A stretch of DNA of 64,000 nt from Octopus sinensis (Eukaryota): NCBI RefSeq assembly GCF_006345805.1, contig NC_043000.1, forward strand, positions 11,594,001 through 11,658,000, in the 5' to 3' direction. Below the pieces are notes generated by a model, which made no database searches, was not told where the DNA came from, and was given only the letters and a program-made list of their open reading frames with translations. Shown piece after piece: positions 1 to 13,291 of the stretch. The first letter of the stretch is position 1; each line of letters opens with the position of its first letter. The translations under genes and the position numbers were made by a program.

Positions 1-285
1 CAACAGGTGGATTTAGGAAGAAGAATTGCACGACCAACAGACCAGAATGACACTGCTATTTTAATTCCGGGAAGTTGCCTCCTCCAACTGGTTATTCAGC
101 GCACTTTGCAATACATATGTATTCCCTTCTCTGGATCTTTCCTTCTCCTATGTTTCCGACGAAGAGTTCCGCTCGAAACGTTAAACCCTCCTTCTTTCCT
201 GAGCGTCCAATAATACTATATTTGTTCCACGTCCTCGCGTTGTTGTGTTTTTTTGTGCTTTCATGTTTGGATTAACTGTATATAC
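1..285 (+). mobile_element. Penelope-type terminal-repeat remnant with hammerhead-like motif
   Basis: Homologous to 49483-49670 (minus). Contains CCGACGA-A-GAG..CTC-GAAA-CG-TT and ends in (TA)n. Confidence 0.6.
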
Positions 286-703
286 ATATACATACATGTA
301 TATACAGATACATATATGTGTACACACACACATGTATGTATATGCATATGAAATCATCATCATTTTAATGTCCACATTTCCACGTTTGCACAAGTCAAAC
401 AGAATTTCTTGAGACTGATTTCCAACAGTCAGATGCTCTTCTTGTTGCCAAGTCTCATATCTGTTTCCAAGGAAGGTAATATTTTCCCATTGGTTGGACA
501 TGTTTCCTCGAGAGATTGGAAATGAATGATACCGTTGTATGGCAGTAACACAAACCGTTTACAACTATTGCACAGTTTCAAGACAAGAAGACACAAACAC
601 ACACACACACACACACACAACACACACATATATATATACACGCATATGCATATATACACAAACATACATATATATATGCATGTGTATATGTGTGTGTATA
701 TAC

Positions 704-736
<33 letters not shown>

Positions 737-904
737 CCTATATATATATATAGGTATGTGTGTGTATGTGTGTGAGTGCGTGTGTGTGTGTGTGTGTTTG
801 TTTGCATGTGTATGTGAGAGAGAGAGACAGTCTTCAGAATATAAGTTTTCATTCCTTCATAAAAGTTATCATATACCAAGAGTTCTGAACCACCACCCTT
901 AATA

Positions 905-1316
905 CCAATGTCTGTTCTTGTTTGTCCCCTCTATGTTTAGCCCCTTGTGGGTAATAAAGAAATAGGTATTTCGTCTGCCGTTACGTTCTGAGTTCAAATT
1001 CCGCCGAGGTCGATTTTGCCTTTCATCCTTTCGGGTTCGATTAAATAAGTACCAGTTACGCACTGGAGTCGATATAATCGACTTAATCCGTTTGTCTGTC
1101 CTTGTTTGTCCTCTCTGTGTTTAGCCCCTTGTGGGTAGTAAAGAAATAGGTATTTCTTCTACCATTACATTTTGAGTTCGAATTCCGCCGAGGTCGACTT
1201 TGCTTTTCATCCTTTCGGAGTCAGTAAAATTAGTACCGGTTATTTACTGGGGATTGATGTAATCGACTTAATCCATTTCCCCCAAAATTTGAGGCCTTTT
1301 GCTTCCAGTAGAAAGG
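905..1316 (+). mobile_element. SINE family B, at least 2.3 tandem 184-bp units, headless
   Basis: Unit junctions at 966 and 1150; ends in the alternative AAAATTTGAGGCC tail. Confidence 0.85.
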
Positions 1317-1779
1317 ATGTGTGTGTGTTCTAGTAGACGAGTTCATCATTTGTATGTGTATCAGACAAAGAAAGCAAATTGCAAAGTATATGTGTGTGAG
1401 TTTATGTAATTAAAAGTGTCTTTGAGCTTTTTTGGAGCAGTTGCGTGCGTGTGTGTGTCTGTGCGTGGAACACAGAGGAAAGAGGAAAGTGAGAGAGAAA
1501 GAGAGAGAACAGGAAAAGATTCTATAAGAAAATTTCTCTACGTGGTTTCTTGACCTGTTAGAACTAACACCTAATTCTCCAAAGATGATATCCTATCATC
1601 TAAAAAACTGGATGGACGCATTGGATATTGAAGCCTTTATGCTATTCAAAAAAGACGAGATGGTCATGGTGGTAACGTCTTTGAACATAGGTCTTTTCAA
1701 TCAGAACAGACCTGATTTGGAGCTAAACAACATACAACAATCACAGTGAGAACGTAGTCTATCTGTATCTCCCCCTCTT

Positions 1780-1912
<133 letters not shown>

Positions 1913-2649
1913 CTAAGAGAATGGACAAGAGATTAGTAAAAGTATTGTCTGTGAGTGTGAGAACGAATACAAAACGTGTAAAAGGAAGTCTATGTAAAAG
2001 GAAGCATGTGTGAATGGAATGAGTGTGTGTGTGTACATGCAAAAGAGAGTGAGTTGAGTTTATACAAAAGTGTATGTACGTTTGTATATGCGTGTGCGTG
2101 TGCGTGTGTGTGCTCATACTTATGTGTATATGTGCGTGTGAAAAAAAAGAGTATAAAGGGAGAGAGAAAGTATAAGTATGAAAGATAGTTTGTAGTAACC
2201 GAGAGAGAGAGAGAGAGGGAGAGAGAGAGAAAGTAAGTAAAAGAAAGGGTGAGAGAGAAAATTTAAGCGCGCGGAAGGGAGATAGATAGCTTGATAGAGA
2301 GAAAATGTGATAGAAAGAGAGGGTGAGATTGTGAGTGCGTGAAAGACAGAAACCTTGGGGGAAAAAACAGAAATAGTAAAACAAAAATGAAATAAACAAA
2401 ACATTAAAAAAGAAATAAAAGCAATAGGAGAAAGAGATATAAACAGAGAAAGAGAGAGAGAGAGAGAGATGGGGAGAAAGAGGGAGAAAAAGAGAGTTAA
2501 CTGAAGAAATTAAAGGAAAGAAAAAGAGAGACAAAATTAGAGAATGACAAAAGGAATGAGGAAGTGAGATAGAGAGATGAGAAAAGAGAATAAATTAGTG
2601 GACTGGGAAGGCGGGAAAAGACAAGGGATAGGGCGAAAGAGAAGATACA

Positions 2650-2699
<50 letters not shown>

Positions 2700-2864
2700 T
2701 GTGTGTGCGTGTGCGTGTGAGAGAGACAGACAGACAGATACAGAGAGTGAGGAAAAGATATATAGTGAGAGAGAGAGAGAGAGAGATAGTGAAGAGAGAA
2801 AAAGAGAGAGTGAGAAAGAGCAGATACATGGTGAGAAAGGGGGAGCGAGAAAGAGAATACACAT

Positions 2865-2903
<39 letters not shown>

Positions 2904-3364
2904 GTAGATACATTGAGAGAGAGAGAGAGTGGGTGAGCAAGAGAAAGAGAAGACATACTAAGAGAGAGAGAGAGATTGAAAAAGAGAAGACATAGTAAGA
3001 TAGAAAGAGAAAGGAGGTAGAGAGAGAGAGGGGGACAGAGTGGGGTATAAGGTCTGAGGTGTCTTTGTCAGTAAGTAAGAAATGTCGCCTGACAAAATGT
3101 CGTCTGCAAGCCTGAAACATCGACTGTAATTCTAAGTCGTGTCAAAAATTCCAGTGATAATATAAGACTGATAGGAACCAGTGATTTGCCGTTTGTATGT
3201 TTTTGTTACAGTCGCAGTGGTGGGGAGATAAAATAAGAAAAAAGGTCAGCACGAACCCCTGTACAGCCTTAGGGTAGGGTGGCGGCCATTGTGTCACCTT
3301 ATTCATATACAGATACACACAGACACACACAACCATTCATATGCTTATAATTTCATTAATATGA

Positions 3365-3430
3365 TGTAGACACATACATACATACATACATACATACATA
3401 CATACATACATACATACATACATACATACA

Positions 3431-3467
<37 letters not shown>

Positions 3468-3671
3468 TAGATAGATAGATAGATAGAAAGAGAGAGAGAG
3501 ATGGATAGATGGATAGATAGATAGAAAGATAGATAGATAGATAAATAGATAGATAGATAGATAGATAGATGGATGGATAGATAGATAGATAGATAGACAG
3601 ATAGATAGATAGATAAATAGATAGATAGATAGATAGATGGATGGATAGATAGATAGATAGATAGATGGATG

Positions 3672-3757
<86 letters not shown>

Positions 3758-3790
3758 CAGACAGATAGATAAATAAACAGACTGATAGAT
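3365..3790. repeat. (CATA)n(TA)n(GATA)n compound microsatellite
   Basis: Directly visible. Confidence 0.98.
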
Positions 3791-4059
3791 AGGCAGATAT
3801 ATACACTTACACCAACACTCACTGAAAGGCAAGCATGCCACACACACACACATACACACACAAACACACACACACAGCCATGTGTACCATACACTCATTA
3901 ACATCTCTGGGTGTATGTGTGTGTTTGTGTGTGTTTATACACTTACATATAAACATTAATGCACATGAAGATACACATACAACCATATATTTAAACATAC
4001 ACACACACGTATGTAATACACCACACACACTAACAAATTCACAAAGGTGTATGCACAAC

Positions 4060-4072
4060 ACTGACAAATACA

Positions 4073-4113
<41 letters not shown>

Positions 4114-4733
4114 AATATAAACATCTGCATTCATGCACACACACACACATAAATATTCACACACACGCATGCACACAAATATTCACATACACACAAATAC
4201 ACACATACACACATACATAAATATTCACACACACATTCACACACACACATACGCATAAATATTCACACATACAAATATTCACATGCACACATGGACACAC
4301 GCACGCGTGCACACACACACACACACACACACAGATAAACATTCACACATAACTATTCATACACACACATGTACACACACACACACAAATATTCACATGC
4401 ACACACACACTCACACACACGCACAAATATTCACACACTCACACACACACACACGTAAATATTCACACACACACATGCACACACACACACACACACACAT
4501 AAATATTCACACACGCACAAATATTCACACACACACACGTAAATATTCACACACACACATGCACACACACACACACACACATAAATATTCACACACTCAC
4601 AAATATTCACACGCACTCATACACACACACGTAAATATACACACACACAGACACACACATGAATATTCACACACAAACACACACACATGTACACTCTAGC
4701 ATAGCTTTATACATATACTCTTACAAGCATGTT

Positions 4734-4768
<35 letters not shown>

Positions 4769-4770
4769 AA
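4060..4770. repeat. (CA)n tract with a recurring AAATATTCAC(A) module
   Basis: The module recurs more than ten times with variable CA spacers. Confidence 0.95.
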
Positions 4771-5204
4771 ACACATGTTCCACATACATAGGGAAGTAGC
4801 TCATCACACACACACACAGTAAAACATGGCTACACAATCAATGGACTCTGTCTTTCCTTGTTAAAACATCTATATATCTTGCACTGACATTTAATAAAGA
4901 TGGCAAAGGCAATGTTACTCTGCTGAGTGGCTGCAGCAGCAAAGGAAAAAGAAAAAAAAATAGAAAAGCTGTATGGTGGGCGAAGCTGACCATTGCTGAG
5001 AGGCAATCAGTTCATCCTACAAGATAGTCACCTTGGACTATCACTTGGAAAAGGAGGAGGGTGAGAGGGAGGATTAACAGATGCAAAGACAAATACATGG
5101 ACAAAGCAGATAGGGAGAAAGGGAGAAATGTGTGTGTGTGTTGTGTGCATGTACAAACATGCATATAATTATATAATTACACATATGTGTATCTCTCTCT
5201 CTCC

Positions 5205-5540
<336 letters not shown>

Positions 5541-5811
5541 CTATCTATTAAATATGTATATATATCATCATCATCATCATATATATATATATACATTCAT
5601 CATCATCATCATCATCATTATCATCATTCAACGTCCATTTTCCATGCTGACATGAGCTGGATTGTTTGACAGGAACTGGTCAGCCAAGGAGCTGTCCACA
5701 CTCCAGTTGTCTGTTGCGGCATGGTTTCTAAGCTGGATGCCCTTCTTAACATCAACCACTTTACAGAATGTGCTGGGTGCCTTTTCACGCCACTGGTATG
5801 GGTGCACATAT

Positions 5812-6050
5812 AAGGCGGAGAGCTGGCAGAACCGTTACCACGCTGTGCGAAATGCTTTGTGGTATTTCGTCTGCTGTGCTATGTTCTGAGTTCAAATTCT
5901 GCCGAGGTCGACTTTGCCTTTCATTCTTTCGGGGTCAATAAAATAAGTACCAATTACGCTCTGGGGTTGATATAATCGACTTAATCCATGTGTCTGACCT
6001 TGTTTGTCCTCTCTGTGCTTAGCCCCTTGTGGGTAGTAAAGGAATAGGTA
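5812..6050 (+). mobile_element. SINE family B, head plus 1 unit
   Basis: AAGGCGGAGAGCTGGCAGAA head, B box GAGTTCAAATTC. Confidence 0.85.
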
Positions 6051-6878
6051 TGGGTGCACTTACACAGCACCAGCATAAATGCATTTTATATACCACTGGC
6101 ACCTGTAAAGGACAAGCCTATTTGTATGGATGATAGCTATTTTGCTTAGCTTGTCACATCTCAAGTACAGCAAATCACCACAACTCCCAATCCCTTATCA
6201 TTTCCTTAATATATATGTATAGTGGTGCAAGTGAGGACCCTCTTTTAATTCTACCCTTAGGTTCTAATTGCTAATAAGCCACCCCTTTTTAATTTGTTGT
6301 TTATACTTTTACCATTTTGGAAATCAGCACATGTTTTCAATGGTTTTTCTTATCAGACTGACAGAGGTAGTCAAGTTTAACCCTAGGCATTAAGAACTGC
6401 TGATCAGGAATTAAGATGGTCTACATCAAAATCCCAAATCCCAATCCAGCTGTGTATGCTGGGGACTTACCTCCCTTTGTCAGTCACTTAAGACGGTGTG
6501 TTTGTGGCTTTCAGTTAGTTTAACTCTTATTTTTAGCAAAAGCGGTGCTAGTCAGTACCTTCTGTCATTTTTGTGACTTCTATTAATTTCGCCTTTGGGT
6601 TCTAATTGCTAATAAGCCACCCTTTTTAATTTATTATATATATATATATATATAATTATATATATATATATATATATATCATCATCATATATATATACCT
6701 CCACACACCTCCACAGAATGATCATAGAAAGTGTGACCCCAAATGACATTTGCCAGGCCAACCTATGCACAACACACACTCAGTGACATTGAAATGGACG
6801 GCCAAAGTTCTTATAAAACCACAGGGGGTCCAGCAGACCAACGGAAATAACACTTCTTCACTCTCAGATATAAATGCG

Positions 6879-6909
<31 letters not shown>

Positions 6910-7171
6910 ACACACACACACACATACACACATATTTTCTCTCTGTCTCACTTCCTCCTCACCCACTACTACGAAACTATAAAAAGGTTCAAACTACCCA
7001 CAACTGATTTGATTTGAAAACCCACTAGAATGGGAGCAAGCGCTAATCCGAATGATATGATATATATGTAAAAAAAATGTAATATATAAATAAATATCTA
7101 CAAATATGAACCATCTGATCTGATTACCTCAATTTTTCTAATATATATATATATATGATATATATATATAT

Positions 7172-7333
7172 AGGTATAGGAGTGGCTGTGTGGTAAGTAG
7201 CTTGCTTACGAACCATATGGTTCTGGGTTCAGTCCCACTGGGTGGCACTTGGGCAAGTGTCTTCTACTATAGCCTCGGGTTGACCAAAGCCTTGTGAGTG
7301 GATTTGGTAGACGGAAACTGAAAGAAGCTTGTC

Positions 7334-7367
<34 letters not shown>

Positions 7368-7388
7368 ATATATATATAGATATATATA

Positions 7389-7477
<89 letters not shown>

Positions 7478-7690
7478 ATATATATGTTTTGTGTGACTGT
7501 GTTTGTCCCCACCAATGCTGGTGTGTTTACATCCGCATAACTTAGCAGTTCAGCAAAAGAGAGCAATAAATTAAGTACTATGCTTACAAAGAATAAGTCG
7601 TGGGGGCGATTTGCTCGACTAAAGATGGTGCTCCAGCATGACCACAGTCAAACGACTGAAACAAGTAAAAGAGTAAAAGAGAGTAAAAGA
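7172..7690 (+). mobile_element. tRNA-derived SINE family A (GGAGTGGCTGTGTGG head, internal microsatellite, GAGTAAAA tail)
   Basis: A box, B box GGTTCAGTCCC; body shared with many copies in the window. Confidence 0.9.
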
Positions 7691-8794
7691 GTGTGTGTGT
7701 GTATGTATCTTTGTGCCTGTGTTTGTCCCCACCACCACCACCACCACCACTTGACAACCAGTGTAGGTGTGTTTATGTCCCCATAACTTAGCGGTTTGCC
7801 AAAAGAGACTTGTTCTCACACTAGACGGGAGTGGTTGGACCATTGGAACAAAGCAGTGATGTCCCATTTGGAGATTGGTATAACTCTTGATGCCAAAGTT
7901 CGGTACCAAACCCTCTAGAATATTCCATATATATATATCACTGCATATCTCTCCTGTCTTTGTGGAGACACACGGCCTAGTGGTTAGAGCAGCGGACTCG
8001 CGGTTGAGGGATTGTGGGTTTGAATCTCAGACTGGGCGATATGTATGTTTATGAGTGAAACACCTAAGCTCCAGCAGAAGGTAATGGCGAACTTCTGCTG
8101 ACCCTTTCGCCACAACTTTCTCTAACTCTTTCCTCCAGCATGCTAACGTTTCTGCCAGCTCGCCACCTTTATTCACCTGCACATTGTCACCATCTTGGTG
8201 ATATGTACATGAAACCAGGCGTTGTTGCTCTTCTCAATCCCTAGATCATGCATTTTACTTGACTCTGAGGTTACCACTCCTTTTGCTTCAAAGTATCATC
8301 GCTGATAAGACCTAAATAGGCTGAAACATGTTTGGATTTGTCACCACACTTACCAAAGATGAGACTCACTCCCTTACTGCATTGTTCACACTTTATTTAC
8401 AGTAAAGGTAATGGCGAACTTCTGCTGACCCTTTCGCCACAACTTTCTCTAACTCTTTCCTCCGGCATGCATTGTTCACACTTTATTTACAGTAAATTTT
8501 AATGTGATAATATCTGTATTTCTTGCTCTGAATTAAACATTATGCAAATGATAGTGACCTTCTCTTCACCATGTGTGCATTATAAATGAATTAAAAAGTC
8601 ATGACTCATTACAAGAAGTATGTTAGCCCTGATCTTGTCATTTAGTTTTTATCTACACTCTAATATAATGATAGCCTTGAACTGAGGGACAGTCCGCAAT
8701 TACCTGTTTGGTACGCTCTGTCCAAAGTGGCTAGCTATTAATTATCAGTATCAGTAGTAATAGTAGTAGTAGTGGTGGTGGTGGAGGTGGTGGT

Positions 8795-9010
8795 AGTAGC
8801 AGCAGCAGCCGTTCAAGAATTTGGACCTGGAGATTTCCATTTCCAGCGACTTCGAGGGCCACCTCCCAGTGGTGTTGGGTGTCAACGAAGATCCCTCGAC
8901 TACAACAAGACAACCAAAGTTTTTTTCTTTTTTTCCCGCCCCTAAACCCTAGATCATCACCTAATCACCCTTACCTGTCTTGTTGCTTAACAACAACAAC
9001 AACAACAACA
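8795..9010 (+). repeat. Unclassified ~200-bp element bounded by trinucleotide repeats (also 21440-21620 and 45420-45660)
   Basis: Three copies share the start CAGCC(G/A)T(T/C)CAAGA(A/G)TTTGGACCTGGAGAT and the end ATCACCTAATCACCCTTAC...TTGCTTAAC(AAC)n. Confidence 0.8.
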
Positions 9011-10212
9011 GCAGCAGCACCACCACCACCACCACCACCACCACCACCACCACCACCAAAGGCCCAGTGACTTGATTCACTTGTACTACATCTCCTGGTA
9101 ATAACAACTACTCATACATCTACTGGCTTTGACTTTAGTATTTAGTTTGTGCTTCGCAGTTCATTAGTTAAGTTCGTTTAGATTCTGAGTTAAAATCCTG
9201 CCAAGGTTCACTTCATCTTTCATTCTTCTAGGATTGATAAAATTAGCAATAATCAATTCATCTCAACTGCATTATAGGTCCCTGGGCAAATCACTGCACT
9301 GGGCCCTAAAGTATTTATTTATTTATTGACAGCAAGCCAGAGCATACATAGATCAGAATTGGATCCTTAGTTACATAAGATCACCAAGCAAATCAATGCT
9401 CTGGCCCTAAAGTATTTATTTATTTATTGACAGCAAGCCACAACAGACATAGACCTTACCTTTCATCCTTTTGGGGTCGATAAATTAGCTACCAGTTGCA
9501 TACTAGGGGTCGATCTAATTGACTGGGGCCCCCTCCTCAAAAATTTCAGGCCTTGTGCCTAGAATAGAAAGGAATACTTATTTATTGACAGCAAGCCATA
9601 GCATACATCATCATCAGCATCAACATTTAATGCCTGTTTTCCATGCTGGCATTGGTTGGATGGCTTGACAGGAACTGGCAAGTCCAGGGGCCACATCAGG
9701 TTCCATAATCTGTTTTGGCTTGGTTTATACAGCTGGATACTCTTCCTAACACTAACACTTCACAGAGTATACTGAGTGCTTTCTACATGGCACCAGTATC
9801 AGTGCTTTTTATGTGGCACCAGCACTGGTAGATTTTATGTGGCACTAGCACCCACACCAATGCTTTTTATATGGCACCTTGGTTTTAAGATCTCAATTCT
9901 GTTGTGATGGACACCACTAAACCCATGCAGTCCTCAGGCAGATCAGTGCACTGAGCCCTTTAGTATTTATTAATTGACAGCAAATCTCAACTACATAGAG
10001 CAGAATTGGGTCCCTAGATCTGTGAGTACCACAGGCAACTGCCTTAAACCTTTCATTACCAACCCGGCTGAAACTGGCTCTGGCTCTGTGGTACAAATGT
10101 CTTGTTTTCATAAGTTTTGAATTAAAATCTTCCACCAAACCTTAGTCACAATTTATGTTCCTATCACTAGCTTAATGATAACCAAGTTATTTTACTAAAT
10201 TCTTTGTCATAT

Positions 10213-10440
10213 TTAACCCTTTTGTGTTTAAACCGGCCATATCCGGCCAAAATATTCTACCTATTTAATGTTCAAACTAGTCAGATATGGTCATTCATAG
10301 CTATCTTATTGTGTCATTTTAAAAATAAACAATCACATCATTGAAATCTCAAAGCCATGAAATGATGCAAGATTAATTTTACATGGTGTGAATACATAAG
10401 CTTTACATTTTACAGAATAATCAGAATGCTAAAGGGTTAA
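10213..10440. mobile_element. piggyBac-type MITE, copy 1 of 4
   Basis: TTAA-CCCTTT...AAAGGG-TTAA ends. Homologous copies at 43222-43455, 48110-48331 and 58026-58236. Confidence 0.75.
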
Positions 10441-11140
10441 AGTGATTGAAAGGAACACAGAGTATCTCAAAATAAATACAGTAACAAAAGAGTTAAGGTA
10501 GCAATAGCAACAGTCAGGTTTTGGAATCAATTTCTTTGACTCTACCCAACACCAAAATGTGGCCTTACGTCTATGTGAAAAAGCCTTATCATCAACATTA
10601 GTAACAGAATCAAGGGTAGCAAGCTGCTAGAATGATTAAAAGTGTTGGAAATAATACCTTGCAGTATTTCTTCCAGCTCTGTAAGTTCTAAGTTCAAATC
10701 CTGTCAAAGTCAACTTTGCCTTTTATCCTTTTAGGGTCGATGAAATAAAGTACAGTGAAGTAAATAAAGTGCAGTCAAGGGGTTGGTGGTACTAAATAAC
10801 CCCTCCCTGCAAAATTCCTTGCTTAATGCCTAAATCAGAAACCATCAAGGTCAACTTTGCTTATCATCCTTTCAGTCACATAATCTTTTCTACTCTAGGC
10901 ACAAGGCCTGAAATTTTGGGGGAGGGTGAAGGGGGCAGTCGATTAGATTGACTCAGTATGCAACTGGTACTTAATTTATCAACCCCAAAAAGATGAAATA
11001 CAAAGTTAACCGTGGCAGAATTTGAACTTAGAATGTAAAGACAGACGAAATACCACTAAGCATTTCGCCTGGCATGTGTAACTCAACACTGTATGGTATT
11101 TATTCGACTACTCTTTTGTACCTGTATATATACTATGTAC

Positions 11141-11377
11141 TACAGGGTCGGCCAAAAGTCACCCGACAGTACATCAAAATTCCATCAATACTATCTGTAA
11201 TTCTGTATTGACACCAATGCAAAAACGTGTTGCTCAAGAAGGTCTTCAGTTTGAACAATTTTCATGATGTTCCATATTTAGATGCTTTTATTAAATTCAT
11301 TCAGTTGTTAAACATAAATAAATCTTGGAATTAAATGGTTTTGATTTACTGTCATCTGACTTTTGATCAACTCTGTA
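11141..11377 (+). mobile_element. Tc1/mariner MITE
   Basis: TA-flanked imperfect TIRs (CAGGGTCGGCCAAAAGTCACCCGACAGTA). The interior retains a transposase-like C-terminus (KRVAQEGLQFEQF). Confidence 0.7.
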
Positions 11378-12271
11378 TAACTGAACGCACGCGGACGAGT
11401 GAATGTGTGTGTGTGTGTGTGCTTCCTAATCTTAGGAAAACAAGGTAAGGGATATAATCCATGCGAATCTTACCCCAGGGGAGATAACGCAAACACTTTT
11501 ATGGGGAGATAATCAAGATCATTTTAATGCGAATTAAATGAATAGTTCGTTCGTGTCAGCGAGTGGGAATTTACGCTTTCTATCGATTAGTTCGAAATAT
11601 CAACCGAATTTCACCCAGAGAGAGAGAGAGAGAGTGTGTGTGGGTGTGTGTGTATCTGACTAATGTAGTCAGTCCTACATATAACATCCGAAAGATGGTG
11701 ATTATAGATCTGCTTCGTTCGAACTGACCTCTTCAGCGACTTTCTATCCCACGTGCCCTCTTCTATTCTGTTTAGTTCATTCTCTGAATGAGTCTCAGGA
11801 TGTGTAACGAAACCTTTCAAACAACTCGAATCTTTACTGGGAAGTTACTTTAACATTATAATGGTTCGATGAATGTTTTATGGTAGAGTATATTTTAAAT
11901 GCGAGCATGTCACAAATGCTTATATTCCGCCTAATAAACGCGTTTGAACTACTGTTATCACGAAGTATTCTTATCAAATGAGTAAAAGATAGAACAAATG
12001 AAAAGATCGAAATATGAGAAAATAAAGGTCTGTTAGCCAAATCAAGAACAGTAAAACATTTCAGTATGGACACTCGATAATAAGGATCCACTAGCTAGTA
12101 ATAACGACCACTGAAACGAAACTGTTGCTTTGGTAGAAGAAGAACATCAACCATTGGATTTTGGATGTTCTCACAGCTGCGGAAATACTCAGAAATGTGT
12201 CGACTGCTCCTTGATGGCCATGACATACTAGATGAGATACTGTTAAGAATGTCTTGCGATTTAACTCCAGG

Positions 12272-12409
12272 CACTAGCGTAGCCAGAGAGGGGTAGATAT
12301 GGTCCACCCTAGGCTTTCTTTTGTAGGCAGTATGTGTTTTTTGTGTGGGGTCCAAGAGCGGCAAATAGAAGGGCCACCCCAAGCGTAACACACACTAGCT
12401 ACGCTATTG
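12272..12409. mobile_element. hAT-type MITE, 138 bp
   Basis: 15-bp imperfect TIRs (CACTAGCGTAGCCAG / CTAGCTACGCTATTG) and a perfect 8-bp TSD ACTCCAGG at 12264-12271 and 12410-12417. Confidence 0.8.
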
Positions 12410-12654
12410 ACTCCAGGTCATCCATAATCATGGAGATATGAGCAAAAGTCTTCCAAGTATGGTCATAAAAGCACTTTCGTTTTACAGCATATGTATGACT
12501 ACATTATTAAATGTAGCCTTCCTGTTTTATAACGTTGGAAAGCAGACATTCAATGATGATGATGATGTATCAGGTTGAGTGACTTTGTAAAGATTCAATC
12601 TTTGGTTTGTTATAAGAAAGTTAATTATGATACAGAATCTCTGACAATATATAT

Positions 12655-13040
12655 ATATCATCATCATCATCATCATCATCGTTTAACGTCCATTTTCCAT
12701 GCTAGCATGGGTTGGACGGTTCAACCGATGTCTGGGAAGCCAGGAGGCTGCACCAAGCTCCAGTCTGATTTGGCAATGTTTCTACAGCTTGATGCCCTTC
12801 CTAACACCAACTACTCCGTGAGTGTAGTGGATGCTTTTTACGTGCCACCAGCACAGGGGCCAGGGAAGGCTGGCAGCGGTCACGATCGGTTGGTGCTTTT
12901 TACGTGCCACCAGCACAGAAGCCAGTCAATGCGGCACTGGCATCGGCCATGTTCGGATGGTGCTTTTTACGTGCCACCGGCACAGGTGTCACAACTACAA
13001 TTTCCATTTGATATTTATTTTGATGTTGATGTACTTCACT
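12655..13040 (-). mobile_element. (GAT)n-tailed LINE 3' fragment
   Basis: Same family. Other copies at 5615, 9605, 26505, 34915, 37366, 43465, 44690 and 62320. Confidence 0.8.
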
Positions 13041-13138
13041 CAAGCACAGGATAAAATCATGTAAATGATAATATCAAGTTGCCAACAGGCTATAAAATCT
13101 TGTGGTTAAATTATACTAAAATAATAATTATATATATA

Positions 13139-13252
13139 ATGTTGTAAGAATACACCAAAAAACGTTATAAAATCACCTTTCGCTCCTGTGAAAATATTTC
13201 TGCAGGAGCTAAAGGTGGTTTTATAATGTTTTTTGCCATATTCTTACAACAT
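13139..13252. repeat. Inverted repeat: 50-bp arms, 14-nt loop
   Basis: Position p pairs with 26391-p; 4 mismatches plus 2 G-T pairs. Confidence 0.9.
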
Positions 13253-13291
13253 GTTGGATTAGGGTTTTTTTCCTGTTCCCTTATATAATTA

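Noticed and set aside
4880-4945. Strong minus-strand acceptor-like site (TTTTTCCTTTGCTGCTGCAG) and a micro-exon candidate at 8704-8730
   Set aside because: No good matching donor or recognisable peptide; they could not be linked into a gene model.
12095-12430. ORFs around the hAT MITE, including LLLDGHDIL, reminiscent of an ABC NBD strand
   Set aside because: Short, with no flanking ABC motifs or supporting splice sites even after removing the MITE; treated as coincidence.
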